The position numbers were made by a program, and so were the translations under genes. A stretch of 64,000 nucleotides of DNA from Candidatus Altiarchaeota archaeon (GTDB lineage Archaea > Altiarchaeota > Altiarchaeia > IMC4 > SCGC-AAA252-I15). The first letter of the stretch is position 1; every line of letters begins with the position of its first letter. Location of the stretch: positions 96,001 to 160,000 of the forward strand of contig JBDRLL010000010.1 in the NCBI GenBank assembly GCA_043813075.1. The letters are read 5' to 3'. The notes below the pieces were generated by a model. That model had not been told where the DNA came from, searched no databases, and saw only the letters and a list, made by a program, of their open reading frames with translations. This document shows, one piece after another, positions 17,622 through 28,125 of the stretch.

Positions 17622-19046
17622 TTACGGCAATCTTGTGGTCTTAGCGGCCATATCTGTGCGTGCGGTATTCTCTACGATATCGCATAATCTCTCCATCTTG
17701 CCGGCGTTCCTGAACAATTCTCTCTCGCAGAAGGATGCGTGTTTTCCTGAAGGGAGATTCGCGTGTAGTGTGCATGTGGAGACGAGGCCCAGGTCGATGT
17801 TATCCAGCTCGTGGAACCTGCCTATGAGTATGCTGAATATGCCCGGGAATTTGAGTTTCATAGGGCGTCTTCTTACTACAGAGCGTATCACGTCAATGCT
17901 TGAACTCAATAGCACCCTCCTTAAGATCATGTCCTTGATAATCCCCCGTAGGAATTCCATGTAGGGGGCGTTTGCTATGAGTCTGATGGTGTTGAGTGTT
18001 TTTGACTGGCCCATGTTCCTGTTTATGTCATCCAGTCTCTTATTTATCGCATGTAGGTCCAGTGTTTTTCCCAGGGCCTTCATCTCCCTGCCGTTTGTCA
18101 GTACGTAGCACCTGATCTCGCATTCAGGGACTCTGAGGCCTTTTCTCCCAGATATTTTTCGGATGATCTCAAAGAAGTTGTAGGCGAAGACTGTGGATTC
18201 TATGAAGTCATCGTCTGTTAGGTCAGATGCTTTCTGGATTTCCTCGATTATCTCTGCTTGCGTTAGGGTGTTGTCTTGCGGGCGTCTCCCTATGTTCCAC
18301 ACGCTATTGAAGTCTAGGACGCACACGTCCTTGTAATTGGATGACGAGAATTTTATGAAATCGCCTATCTGATCGTCGTTTAGCCCCTTTATCACGAGGA
18401 CAAATGGCATTATCGGTATCCTTTGTTTTTTCAGGTTTTCGACAGCATGGTTTTTAACGTCCAGCAGGTCTTCACCCCTTATCTGGATGCATTGTTGCCT
18501 GGAGAATGAGTCGAACTGTAGTATGACCATGTCTAAACCTGCTTTTTTCAGAGTCTCGACGTAATGCATGTCCTCAAGTTTCTTCCCGTTTGTGAACAGT
18601 ATGGCGTCAAATCCCCTTTTTTTGATCTCTTTTATTATCTCTGCGAGATCGTCTCTGACAGTGGGTTCGCCGCCTATGAGATAGATCCGTGAGCCCTTGA
18701 ATCCGTCAAGCATCTGGATTATCCCATCATACGTTAGTTCATCCTGACATGCATTCTCATCCGATTCTGCGAAGCAGTACGGGCATTTCTGGTTGCACCT
18801 GTATGTGATGAAGAGTTCCAAGGCTTCAGGGTAGGAGCTATGCCTGGACTCCCTGAAAAGGTTTCTAAGCGCATGATAGTGTTTTGGCTTCTCCCACATG
18901 TGCAGTGCTTTGAAATCACCATGCTTATCACATTTCTTTGCAATAAAAACCCTCCCCGACTCTTCAACGACTATCGCATCTATGATTTCTAAGCATTCCG
19001 GACAGTAACTTTTCGTATCATCCAACTTCTTCATAATGCAACCCAT
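17622..19046 (-). CDS. Radical SAM protein, Tes/GDGT-MAS (MJ0619)-like, copy 1
   Basis: N-terminal CPEC-x20-CDKH; CNQKCPYC; GGEPT; C-terminal CEIRC...CTLH...SFC. Alternative start at 19034. Confidence 0.85.
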   Translation of the reverse strand: MGCIMKKLDDTKSYCPECLEIIDAIVVEESGRVFIAKKCDKHGDFKALHMWEKPKHYHALRNLFRESRHSSYPEALELFITYRCNQKCPYCFAESDENACQDELTYDGIIQMLDGFKGSRIYLIGGEPTVRDDLAEIIKEIKKRGFDAILFTNGKKLEDMHYVETLKKAGLDMVILQFDSFSRQQCIQIRGEDLLDVKNHAVENLKKQRIPIMPFVLVIKGLNDDQIGDFIKFSSSNYKDVCVLDFNSVWNIGRRPQDNTLTQAEIIEEIQKASDLTDDDFIESTVFAYNFFEIIRKISGRKGLRVPECEIRCYVLTNGREMKALGKTLDLHAINKRLDDINRNMGQSKTLNTIRLIANAPYMEFLRGIIKDMILRRVLLSSSIDVIRSVVRRRPMKLKFPGIFSILIGRFHELDNIDLGLVSTCTLHANLPSGKHASFCERELFRNAGKMERLCDIVENTARTDMAAKTTRLP

Positions 19047-19093
19047 ATAGTATTATAGCGAAATATTTAACTATCATCTTTCCTGTTGATTCC

Positions 19094-20201
19094 ATGAAAG
19101 TGCTTGTTTTTGTGGGTGGGGGCGGAGGCCTTGGGACAGCAAGCAGGTCTATTGCTCTCGGCGAAAAATTCATCGGCCAGGGTTTTGACGTGGTCTTCGG
19201 TTCTTTCGGGAGATCACTCGATTTTATCAGGCGCCAGGGATTCGATGCCGGCCGGGTTTCAGCTGAAATGGGTTTTGTGTTGTCTGATGGGCATCTATCC
19301 GAAAGAGACTCCACCCTCCAGTATGTGAGGAACATGTTGTTGTTCAAGATGCGTTCACTGGCTAAATTCATCGCCAGGGAAAACCCTGATCTTATAGTGT
19401 CCGACTCCTATCTGCCTGGTGCGGTGGCCTCAGTGTTGAATGGCAAGCCCACATACCCTTTGATGAACATACTCCACAGGGAAGTATACGCGTCACGTGA
19501 GAACGGTTTCAATGTGGGGTGGCAGACTGGTGTGGGCTGTATGGGACCTTGTGTTTTCAAGGTCTGTGAACGTGTTAATCCCTGACTTTCCCCCTCCAAA
19601 CACGATATGCGGGGAAAATCTTGTGTGCACTCCAAAGTTGGCTGCAAAACTCTTGTATACCGGACCATTGATACGCGCCAGCAATGAGGACAGCAATGAT
19701 TCCCCGGCGTGTGATGTGCTTCTTGTTTTGAACACCGGATTCTCCAGTTCGTTGATGCGTGAAATAATCGAGACGATGGATGATGCGCCTGACCTAACAT
19801 GCCATGTGGTCGGCTCTCAAGCCGGAGATTGGCCTAATTCCGGAAGTTTTCAGAACATTGGCCTAACGGATAACGTCCTCCAGCATATAGTCAATTCTAA
19901 GGTTGTGGTTTCGACTGGCGGGCATACCACCATTTGCGAGTCAGTCTGCAGTGGAAAACCGATTATGTGCTCTCCAATATCGAACCATAATGAGCAGGAA
20001 AACAATATCCGATTTCTTGAGGTGAAGAAACTCGGCATTAGACTGTCTCAGGATGCGTCCCACCAGGTAGTATCTGATGGGATACGATGTCTTTTGGAGG
20101 GTGGGGAGTACAGGCTTAATTGCGGTAAATTCAGGGGTGAATACCGTCAAAACGCGGGCACATACTTTTCACGGTTGTTGAAGTCCATTAATTCATTATA
20201 G
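19094..20201 (+). pseudogene. Frameshifted GT-B glycosyltransferase (GT28/MJ1255-like)
   Basis: ORF 19094-19585 holds the N-half (GGGLGTASR, PDLIVSD); ORF 19497-20201 in the +1 frame holds the C-half (IPDFPPP, YTGP, STGGHTTICE, HNEQENN). Confidence 0.8.
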
Positions 20202-21594
20202 CCTTTACTGCCCCGAACCTGCCGGCATACCTTTTCACGTCCACCCATCCTCTAATCTGCCTTAGATTTCGGAAGATGGTCTTAGGCCTTAGGAAGAATT
20301 CTCTGTAGAACTCTTTCCTGCGTTTTATCAGGTATTCCCTTGTCAGGCCTTCTGGTATGAACACCGGTTGCCATGAGTTTAATTGCGTCAGATCTGTGTT
20401 GTCGAAGGTCCCGTATCTCTTGTATGTCTCGTATAGTCTTGTGTTTGGGAGTGGTGTCATCATTAATACTGATAGTTCTGTCAGTGGGAGCGATTTCGCA
20501 AATCTTATCGTCTCCTCTATTGACTCGTGTGTTTCGGAGGGGTTGTTTATCATGAAGCATGCTTGCGTGTATAGTCCCGCCTGGTCGCTCCATTCGATGG
20601 CTTTTCTCGTATCATCTAGGGTGAATCCTTTTTTTAGCGTATCAAGTATCCTCTGGCATCCGCTTTCTGCCCCATAGAATATGTGCCACATGCCAGCGTC
20701 CTTCATCTTCACTAAAAGGTCTTTTGTCACAAGGTCTGACCTGGTGCAGCACCTCCATGCCAAGTCGATTCCCCTCTCATTAATCAGTTCACATATCTGC
20801 CCTATCCTTTTATTGTCTAACGTAAACGTGTCTTCTGTGAAGAAAATCTCCCTTGCTCCATAGTCTCTAGCCAATGATTCCATCTCATCCACCACCCTCT
20901 CGGCGCTGTTCTGCCGGTATTTGCGTCCAAACACGCTTTGGTCGCAGTATATGCAGTTGTACGGGCATCCCCTGCTGGTGACCATTGTCGTGGAAGGTAG
21001 CCTACGGTAGTTCTTAGATTCTGGTATGTACCTCCTGATGTCTGGAAGCAGGTGTCTTGCTGGAAATGGCAGGGAATCCAGGTCCTCGATAATCCTCCTT
21101 GCGTGTGTCTTCACCACATTCCCGTTTTCCCTGAATAATATGCCATCCACCCGCCTCAAGTCACCGTTCCCCTCAATAGCGTCCACTAGTTCCAGCATCG
21201 TTTCTTCTCCCTCGCCTATCACTCCAAAGTCAAAACATTCGTTGGATATGACTTCCTCAGGATTTGCTGATATGAACGGGCCGCCAATAATGATTTTTAT
21301 GTCGTCATCCGATTCTCTAATGCTTTTCGCAATCTCTAGCGTGGTGTAAAATGTCGCCGCCACGCATGTCAGCCCAACAATGTCCGTATTGTGTTTAACC
21401 ACATGGGATGTGATCTCTCCAGTGTTCAGTCCTTCAAATTCAGCATCGATTATCCTGACATCATTCCCGTCTTCCTCGAGGACTGCGGCGAGATAGCATA
21501 GTCCCAGTGGCGGTTGCTCGCCCCTGCTGCCCAAGTATCCTGTGCCATAAAGCCTCTCCAAGTCTACTGGTGGGTTTATGAACGTTACGTTCAT
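20188..21594 (-). CDS. B12-binding domain radical SAM protein (class B)
   Basis: MNVTFINPP, PPLGLCYLA, IIGGP, GEGE, TSRGCPYNCIYC, GAESG. Start moved to 21594 from the ORF-track 21942, which overlaps the divergent gene. Confidence 0.9.
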   Translation of the reverse strand: MNVTFINPPVDLERLYGTGYLGSRGEQPPLGLCYLAAVLEEDGNDVRIIDAEFEGLNTGEITSHVVKHNTDIVGLTCVAATFYTTLEIAKSIRESDDDIKIIIGGPFISANPEEVISNECFDFGVIGEGEETMLELVDAIEGNGDLRRVDGILFRENGNVVKTHARRIIEDLDSLPFPARHLLPDIRRYIPESKNYRRLPSTTMVTSRGCPYNCIYCDQSVFGRKYRQNSAERVVDEMESLARDYGAREIFFTEDTFTLDNKRIGQICELINERGIDLAWRCCTRSDLVTKDLLVKMKDAGMWHIFYGAESGCQRILDTLKKGFTLDDTRKAIEWSDQAGLYTQACFMINNPSETHESIEETIRFAKSLPLTELSVLMMTPLPNTRLYETYKRYGTFDNTDLTQLNSWQPVFIPEGLTREYLIKRRKEFYREFFLRPKTIFRNLRQIRGWVDVKRYAGRFGAVKAIMN

Positions 21595-21634
21595 GGATAT
21601 ATCTTTCGAAATCGTCTTATAATACTCTTGTTGA

Positions 21635-23455
21635 ATGATGAAATTCCGCCGGTTTATCGAGTTAATGAACCCATTCAGCCTCTCTTCTAGGCTAACCTCA
21701 TCAGACAGCATTCCCGTCTTGTTTATGGCATTACTAGCATTATTGTTGGTAGTATCCCAGATTACTGAAAAACCAGTTGACATGACGTATGCCTTTTTTT
21801 GCTGGTTTAGCGGTTTTCTTGATGACTTCTTCCGGCAGTTTACCGGCTGGTCTGCTGGTAGCATCTGCACCGGGAAAGAGGGGTTGGTTAAGGGCGCATC
21901 ATTCTTCGTGTGGGCTGTCGGATTCCTATTGTGCGTGATCACTGCAAATGGGCTTAGGAAAAACGGCCTCCCAAGAAATTCGTTTGTTAACCTGCTTACT
22001 GTCGTATTAATCGCCGTCTTTATTGCCCGCGTGTTCGGGCTTTATCTGACGACCTCCCACTCGGACGGTTATGGCGATGAATACTTCTGGATTCACGGGG
22101 CATACTTCTACAACCTGTTTTTCGTAAAAAACGATTTTTTCAACGAGGACTGGCACAATTTCATATCCTATGAGGCTCCTCCTGTGAGCAGATATGTTAT
22201 CGGTTTCGCACTGGATCGCATAAACCACAGGATAGTTGAGACTGGTGGCGGCCTGACCCTCTTCCAAAAGGCTTGTTTTGATGTTATGTGCGGTAATCTA
22301 CGTGATAGCGCAATGGGTTATCCGGGGGATGCTAGGTTGATGGGTTACTGTGATTCTGTTCTACTGCAGTTGAAGGAGCCTGTTGTCCAGCGTCTTGATA
22401 AGGTGGACTATGATGTGGCTAGGCGGGTGATGTTACTGTTTGGCGTCTCAACTTCTTTGTTGTTGACTCTATTGTGTTCCCACTATCTTAACCGTGTTTT
22501 TTCGGGTTTGCTTGCGGCAACGGTGTTTCTCAGCAACGGGATTACCATACCTACGTTCCAGCTTGTTCTCCTTGACGCGATGTGCTGCTTCTTCATCCTC
22601 CTCTCCTTGATTTCGTTAATAGAGTTATCCGGCAAGCTAAGGAGATATTGTACTACCAATTCCTCCAGTAGTCTGGGTGGTAAGCGGTTGTGGGAAGTGG
22701 CTGTTTTATCCATAGTAACTGGTTTCCTATTGTCTTTGGCTGTTGGGACGAAATTTATCTCCGCTTACCTGGTCGTTACCGTCGTTGTGGTTTTTATCGT
22801 AAAAATGTTTTTTGAACATGGGATGGTTGGGCCGGGCCATGGAGAGCATAATCGTTTGCTGAGGATGGCCTCTCTTATGGGCGTTTTTGTCTTGGTCTTC
22901 ACGTCCGCTTTCGCATTCTTTGTGCTGATGAATCCCTTCATTTACCCCAGTCCTATAGGTAATACCCTGAAGTTGTTCAATAATCGGCTTGATTCAATGG
23001 CACTCCAGGAGAGGGTGGTGGGCGAGGTTAGCATGCCCCACATGATATTGTTTGGTGAATTGGAGACAAAGCAGATAATAAAGGATGTGAGGATACGGTC
23101 GTTATCACATAGGCTGCGGCTGCTCTATTCGAAGGGGCTGTTGCTTAACCACAGGTTTCAGGTTCCATTCTACGAGTTGATTTATGTGTTCCTGATTCTT
23201 GCGGGATTATCCCACATAATCAGAGAATCGTGTGGTGAGCTATCTGAGGGCTTTTTCGGGAATCACTCGGTAGTGACCGCATTCATCATCTTAACATTCC
23301 TTGTGAACGGGACGTTTATGAACTCTGACTGGGACCGGTATTACACTTATTTTGCCGTATGCACCTGCATGATGCTCGCATTTGGGGTTGAGGTTGTGTT
23401 GCGTTCAGCGGACGTTTATCTTCATAAAATCGTAATCAGCATGTGGGAAGAATAA
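21635..23455 (+). CDS. ArnT/PMT-like (GT-C) polytopic membrane glycosyltransferase
   Basis: More than 10 TM segments; GDEYFW acidic motif after TM; PP motif; LAVGTK; MNPF; WDRYY. Confidence 0.75.
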   Translation: MMKFRRFIELMNPFSLSSRLTSSDSIPVLFMALLALLLVVSQITEKPVDMTYAFFCWFSGFLDDFFRQFTGWSAGSICTGKEGLVKGASFFVWAVGFLLCVITANGLRKNGLPRNSFVNLLTVVLIAVFIARVFGLYLTTSHSDGYGDEYFWIHGAYFYNLFFVKNDFFNEDWHNFISYEAPPVSRYVIGFALDRINHRIVETGGGLTLFQKACFDVMCGNLRDSAMGYPGDARLMGYCDSVLLQLKEPVVQRLDKVDYDVARRVMLLFGVSTSLLLTLLCSHYLNRVFSGLLAATVFLSNGITIPTFQLVLLDAMCCFFILLSLISLIELSGKLRRYCTTNSSSSLGGKRLWEVAVLSIVTGFLLSLAVGTKFISAYLVVTVVVVFIVKMFFEHGMVGPGHGEHNRLLRMASLMGVFVLVFTSAFAFFVLMNPFIYPSPIGNTLKLFNNRLDSMALQERVVGEVSMPHMILFGELETKQIIKDVRIRSLSHRLRLLYSKGLLLNHRFQVPFYELIYVFLILAGLSHIIRESCGELSEGFFGNHSVVTAFIILTFLVNGTFMNSDWDRYYTYFAVCTCMMLAFGVEVVLRSADVYLHKIVISMWEE

Positions 23456-24877
23456 ATGAAAATCACGCTTCTTTATCCGAAAAAATCCGATGAATACGTG
23501 GGATACCTGCCCTCCCCTCCTTATGGTCTGCTATGCCTTGCGGGAGTCTTACTCCGGGAAGGCCATTCTCCAAATGTTGTTGACTTGAACTTTGTGGGTG
23601 AGTCGGAGGCTATTGGTCGTATTAACGGCTCTGATGCGGTAGGCATCTACGCATCAATCGACGTATACTGGGAGGCGTTAAGGCTGGCTAAGGTGTCGAA
23701 AGGCTGCCGCAAGTTCGTTATCCTTGGCGGGCCGCAGGTCACTGCCTTCCCTGGGATGGCTCTTGATTGCCCTGACGTTGATGTTGTTGTTCTGGGCGAG
23801 GGTGAGGCGACGATAATTGATTTAATCGGCTGTTTGGTTGAGGGCGGGGATTTGTCGGTGGTTGATGGCATCGGTTTCAAACGGGATGGTGCTAAGGTTT
23901 TCACCCGGAAAAGGGGTTTTATCAGTGATATTGATGCGTTGCCTCTCCCCCCGTTCCACCTGCTTCCCATACAGGATTACTTGGCTTATTGGCGTAAAAA
24001 CTATGGGTACACTGCCATCAACATTGTCACCAGCAGGGGATGCCCGTACAACTGCATATACTGTTCCAAACAGACATTCGGGGGTTTATACCGTGCCAGA
24101 TCGCCAATCAGTGTCGTGGACGAGATGGAGCATATCAATGGAGCTTATCATCCTAGCGTTATCGTTATCCAGGACGACCTCTTTCTCCTCGACAGGAGGC
24201 GGGTCATCGGCATTTCCAAGGAGTTGATTGCCAGGGGACTGGCGGTGAGTTGGGTTTGCACTGCAAGAGTTGATATGGTTGATGGGGAAGTTTTGGGGTG
24301 GATGAGGAAGGCTGGTTGTGTTATGATAAACTATGGTGTTGAGTCTGGCTCTGAAAGGATGCTGGAGTATCTCGGCAAGGGCACACATAGGTCTCAGATA
24401 GTTTCCGCGTTCAAGCTGACAAAGGATGTTGGAATAAAAGCTGGCGCGTTCATAATGATCGGGATACCCGGTGAGACTGTTGAGGATATCGGGGAGACGG
24501 AGTCTCTGATACGGGAGATACGCCCTGACTGGATGAACGTCACGTTCTTCACGCCCATACCCGGTAGTCGTGCTTGGTCTGAGCTGGTTGGCGGCGAGGA
24601 CTTTGGTGGGGAATTTGTGGTGGATTTTAACTTCAGGACGTTCAGTCAGAGATACAATTTTTCGAATATGAGCGAATCAGAATTGAATAATGCTCGGGCA
24701 AGGATTAGGAGGGATCATTTCCTCAGGTCCGTATTATACCGGGTGATTAATGCCATCCGAAGGCCCAGTATCATGTTCTCCTATCTCAGGAAGCTTATGG
24801 TCTTCCTGTCTTCGGGTGGTGGGTTCCGATTGAACACGTTTGTAAAGAGTAATCTTACCTGGTTTTACAAGGATTGA
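23456..24877 (+). CDS. B12-binding domain radical SAM protein (class B)
   Basis: PPYGLLCLA, LGGP, GEGE, TSRGCPYNCIYC, GVESGS, GIPGET; abuts the upstream GT-C gene. Confidence 0.9.
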   Translation: MKITLLYPKKSDEYVGYLPSPPYGLLCLAGVLLREGHSPNVVDLNFVGESEAIGRINGSDAVGIYASIDVYWEALRLAKVSKGCRKFVILGGPQVTAFPGMALDCPDVDVVVLGEGEATIIDLIGCLVEGGDLSVVDGIGFKRDGAKVFTRKRGFISDIDALPLPPFHLLPIQDYLAYWRKNYGYTAINIVTSRGCPYNCIYCSKQTFGGLYRARSPISVVDEMEHINGAYHPSVIVIQDDLFLLDRRRVIGISKELIARGLAVSWVCTARVDMVDGEVLGWMRKAGCVMINYGVESGSERMLEYLGKGTHRSQIVSAFKLTKDVGIKAGAFIMIGIPGETVEDIGETESLIREIRPDWMNVTFFTPIPGSRAWSELVGGEDFGGEFVVDFNFRTFSQRYNFSNMSESELNNARARIRRDHFLRSVLYRVINAIRRPSIMFSYLRKLMVFLSSGGGFRLNTFVKSNLTWFYKD

Positions 24878-24894
24878 GTGCGTTGATTCTCGAT

Positions 24895-25629
24895 CTACCC
24901 TACCTTTAATCTTTCGGTCGGAGGGTATCTGGTCAGAAAATCTTCTATGAAAAGCTTATACTCCTCCGTCAACTCTCCGGAGGATATCCGTATTAACGTA
25001 TCCCCATGCCACCATCCGTAGTAATGCATTATGTAGGGGTCTTTGCCTTTAATCATCGAGGATCCTTCTTCTGTCTCACCTATTACGTCGTCATTCGTGT
25101 AGAGTGATTCGTAATATTCCTTCTCTCTAGTGCCTAATATGACTCCAATGCGGTCATCCTTGCCTTTTTTATAGATTATGTGGATCCACTCATTCCCGTC
25201 TGACGTATTCACGATGCTGACAAATTCAAATGAGTATCCTAACGTCAAGTTGTCTTTGACTATGTATCTGCTGATTTTTTCATTGAATGTCTGATTCGGT
25301 TCGAATGCGCCTAAGTAGGTTATATTATCCGCGTCATTGTAGTATCTATTCCACCTTACTGCCCCTGGTCTGATGGTTGTTGTGACCAGCTTCTCGATTT
25401 TTATGAACTCACTGCTAGGCAACACAATCTTTATCGTTGTTGTGGTTGTTGCTTCTGGCTCTACTTGTGTGGGGCTTAGATAGTAGTATGCTATCAGTAT
25501 GGCGGCTGCGAGTAATACTATGATCACTGTTCTACTATCGGTTTTTCTGTCTTTTGGCCTAACCCCCTCCACTATCACTGGGCTTCCCTGACCTTCATCA
25601 CCCCAGAATTCTTCCTGGTCGCTCATCAT
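24895..25629 (-). CDS. Single-TM hypothetical protein, paralog of 37645-38313
   Basis: One TM followed by a poly-Thr linker; shares RYI-x2-D-x-L and C-terminal YPPT-x-RL with 37645-38313. Confidence 0.75.
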   Translation of the reverse strand: MMSDQEEFWGDEGQGSPVIVEGVRPKDRKTDSRTVIIVLLAAAILIAYYYLSPTQVEPEATTTTTIKIVLPSSEFIKIEKLVTTTIRPGAVRWNRYYNDADNITYLGAFEPNQTFNEKISRYIVKDNLTLGYSFEFVSIVNTSDGNEWIHIIYKKGKDDRIGVILGTREKEYYESLYTNDDVIGETEEGSSMIKGKDPYIMHYYGWWHGDTLIRISSGELTEEYKLFIEDFLTRYPPTERLKVG

Positions 25630-25681
25630 AACCTGTTTACTATCTTTCCCTCCACTGCTTATATACCCTGCTCCTCGTTTG

Positions 25682-27889
25682 TCATGTTGTTGTTTTGGTT
25701 ATGTTGTATATCCATATTGAGTATCCTATATTGTCCATTGGCTCGTGTTTTCTAAGCCATTCATAGCAGTAGGGGTCTCCGAATTGCCCTGTCCTACTGG
25801 TGGTGCTGACAGCCAGCAAGCCTTCTACAGGGCCGCATTCAATCCCTGATTTTTTCTGTGCTGACATTACGTCCTGGTTGTTCGGCATTGACGTGTACCT
25901 TATCCCGTGTTCTTCTATTCTTGCGGTGCCGAAGTATGCTAGTTTTATCTCCTTGATATCGTTCTCATCCATGTACCTTTTGAGTCCAGGCAGGTCTTGG
26001 CCCCAGTCGATATTGGAGTCTGAAGCGTATTTGTAGCCGTTCTCCGGACCTCCTATCGCCTGGTTAAAGTATGATATGTAGTGCGGGTGGTATATTAGTG
26101 TTGGGAGTATGGATAATGCGACAATCAGGTATGCGAATCTCCTTGATGTCCGGCTCTTATTTAATAGCGCTTTCAATGGTTCTGCTAATAGCAGGTATAT
26201 CAACGGGAAGATGAATAACACAAGTCTTATCCCCGTCAGTATTGTCGAGGAAATGATTATCATGCATGCGATAATGATGTTCAGTATAAGGTAAATCCTG
26301 AACGAGGATAATTCCTGGTTGGTTGCCCCCCTTTTTTTTTGCTTAGAGAAAAAGTAGAATATCGACAAGAAGGACAGTATTATAACGCCTTCCGGCGTTT
26401 TTATCAATAGTGTGGTTGCCCAATAATCCAATCTATCCCTGATGCTGACGGGCTCCCTTTTCTTTATTGCCTCGTCTTTCACCAAGCCCGGTTTTATAGC
26501 CCCTATTACGCTATTCGATAGTAATGCATTCTTTATATAGCCTGCGTGCCCCACGTCCATGTGGATCTTTGTTCCGAATAACATGTACAGGTAATAGTCC
26601 GATAATGGGACCTTGAGTTTGACGATATTATCCCTCAATCCATTATCCAACCTCTCATCCTGGAAGAAGCGGACATCCTTTATTATGTATTCCCCCCAGT
26701 TATGGAGCCAGTCATAATTCATCTCATTGAAAAAATATCCTGCGTTCACAGTCGTCCCAGCGAATAAGACAATCATCACGTACGGCATGAGGCGCCTTAA
26801 TAACGGCAAAAACCAAGATGCAGTCCTGAAGAAAACCTTTTTTCTCGTGTCAGAGTATAGAATCCAGGATAACGTCAGCAATGAAGCGTAGGCTATTATC
26901 CTCTTGTCACCGCCATTGTATACTGCCACGCAACTAAGGGCGATAAAAACCAGGAGGCTGATAAGCAGAATCAAATCCCTGGCTCGGATCTCCTTAAATG
27001 CCCCTGCTCTAATGGCTGGCCTGGATTTACCAATCTTCCTGGGAAGAACAAGGAGTCTACTGACGGCATTAACAGACCTTCTAAGACCCCATATACCGAA
27101 TCTCACGGCTATTATCGAGGAATACAGTATGACCAGGTATATGCTGGATACCTTGCTGAGTAGCGCTAGTCCCAGTGTGACTCCCGTAATAACGCCCGCG
27201 AGCACGCTCTTCTTCTCCATGAACCTGGTGAAATAGTAGAAGGATATCAGGTTGAAACATACGGGGGCAATATCAGTTGTGGCTAGCCTGGCGTGAGCCA
27301 ATATGTTCGGGTTTAACGAGAATAGTGTTGTTATCAAACAGGCCGTCTCGAATCCGTAATACCTTTTTGCGAATATGAACAGGTATGTGCTGCATAATAT
27401 CAGTAGCAAGAGCGTTGAATATCTGGAATAGTACAAAAGGTTGTAGGGCCTGTATTCCTCTGCGTATAGGAATTTTTGGCTGAATTTTTCTGGATATTCC
27501 CTCCTCAATTCCTCTATGCCGTATAATCCTCTTGGGGGGTAGACTGTCAGATTTTCTTCATCCACCTCAAACAGTTCTTTTCCAGGGAAATCTCCTGTTA
27601 AATCATAAATGTAGAATGGTATGCTGCTAACGTAATATGATAGTGGAGGGTGCACTACTACCGGGATGAAGCTGGTGTAGTTAATCCAGGGTTTGTCCCA
27701 CTGCTTAACCATGTAATAACCCGTCCCAATATAATACGCCTCATCCCACACCGCTGATTTTTCCCTTATGCTTGTAGTGCCAATCAGCAGGATGACCATG
27801 GATAGCGAGGTTAAGAATATGAAATCCCTTCTGACTCCACTACTCTTCTTTATATCTGACGTAGTCCTTCTTCTGGAGGCCATGATCAT
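25682..27889 (-). CDS. ArnT/GT39-like membrane glycosyltransferase
   Basis: WDEAYY, HPPL, PNILAHARLATTD, LALLSK, ISYFN, DSNIDWGQDL. Confidence 0.85.
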   Translation of the reverse strand: MIMASRRRTTSDIKKSSGVRRDFIFLTSLSMVILLIGTTSIREKSAVWDEAYYIGTGYYMVKQWDKPWINYTSFIPVVVHPPLSYYVSSIPFYIYDLTGDFPGKELFEVDEENLTVYPPRGLYGIEELRREYPEKFSQKFLYAEEYRPYNLLYYSRYSTLLLLILCSTYLFIFAKRYYGFETACLITTLFSLNPNILAHARLATTDIAPVCFNLISFYYFTRFMEKKSVLAGVITGVTLGLALLSKVSSIYLVILYSSIIAVRFGIWGLRRSVNAVSRLLVLPRKIGKSRPAIRAGAFKEIRARDLILLISLLVFIALSCVAVYNGGDKRIIAYASLLTLSWILYSDTRKKVFFRTASWFLPLLRRLMPYVMIVLFAGTTVNAGYFFNEMNYDWLHNWGEYIIKDVRFFQDERLDNGLRDNIVKLKVPLSDYYLYMLFGTKIHMDVGHAGYIKNALLSNSVIGAIKPGLVKDEAIKKREPVSIRDRLDYWATTLLIKTPEGVIILSFLSIFYFFSKQKKRGATNQELSSFRIYLILNIIIACMIIISSTILTGIRLVLFIFPLIYLLLAEPLKALLNKSRTSRRFAYLIVALSILPTLIYHPHYISYFNQAIGGPENGYKYASDSNIDWGQDLPGLKRYMDENDIKEIKLAYFGTARIEEHGIRYTSMPNNQDVMSAQKKSGIECGPVEGLLAVSTTSRTGQFGDPYCYEWLRKHEPMDNIGYSIWIYNITKTTT

Positions 27890-28125
27890 GTTATGTCCTT
27901 AATTTAGGAGACTTCCGGGAAATATTAGCTTACTGCGGGTGGTATGCTCGATGGAATGTCAGATAATCCATCTGGAACCTGGACTTCCAGACATTCATCA
28001 GCGTCCGCTTTGATGCCGGCCTGATGGGATCAGAAGTCCTAAGCCATGGTAAAGAATAATCTAACCCTGTTATAAGCATTTCACCCAATGTTTTAATATC
28101 ATAAGGCCATAATATTACCCTCAAA

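Noticed and set aside
21595-21942. N-terminal extension of the B12 radical SAM ORF
   Set aside because: It overlaps the divergent GT-C gene; the family-typical start is MNVTFINPP at 21594.
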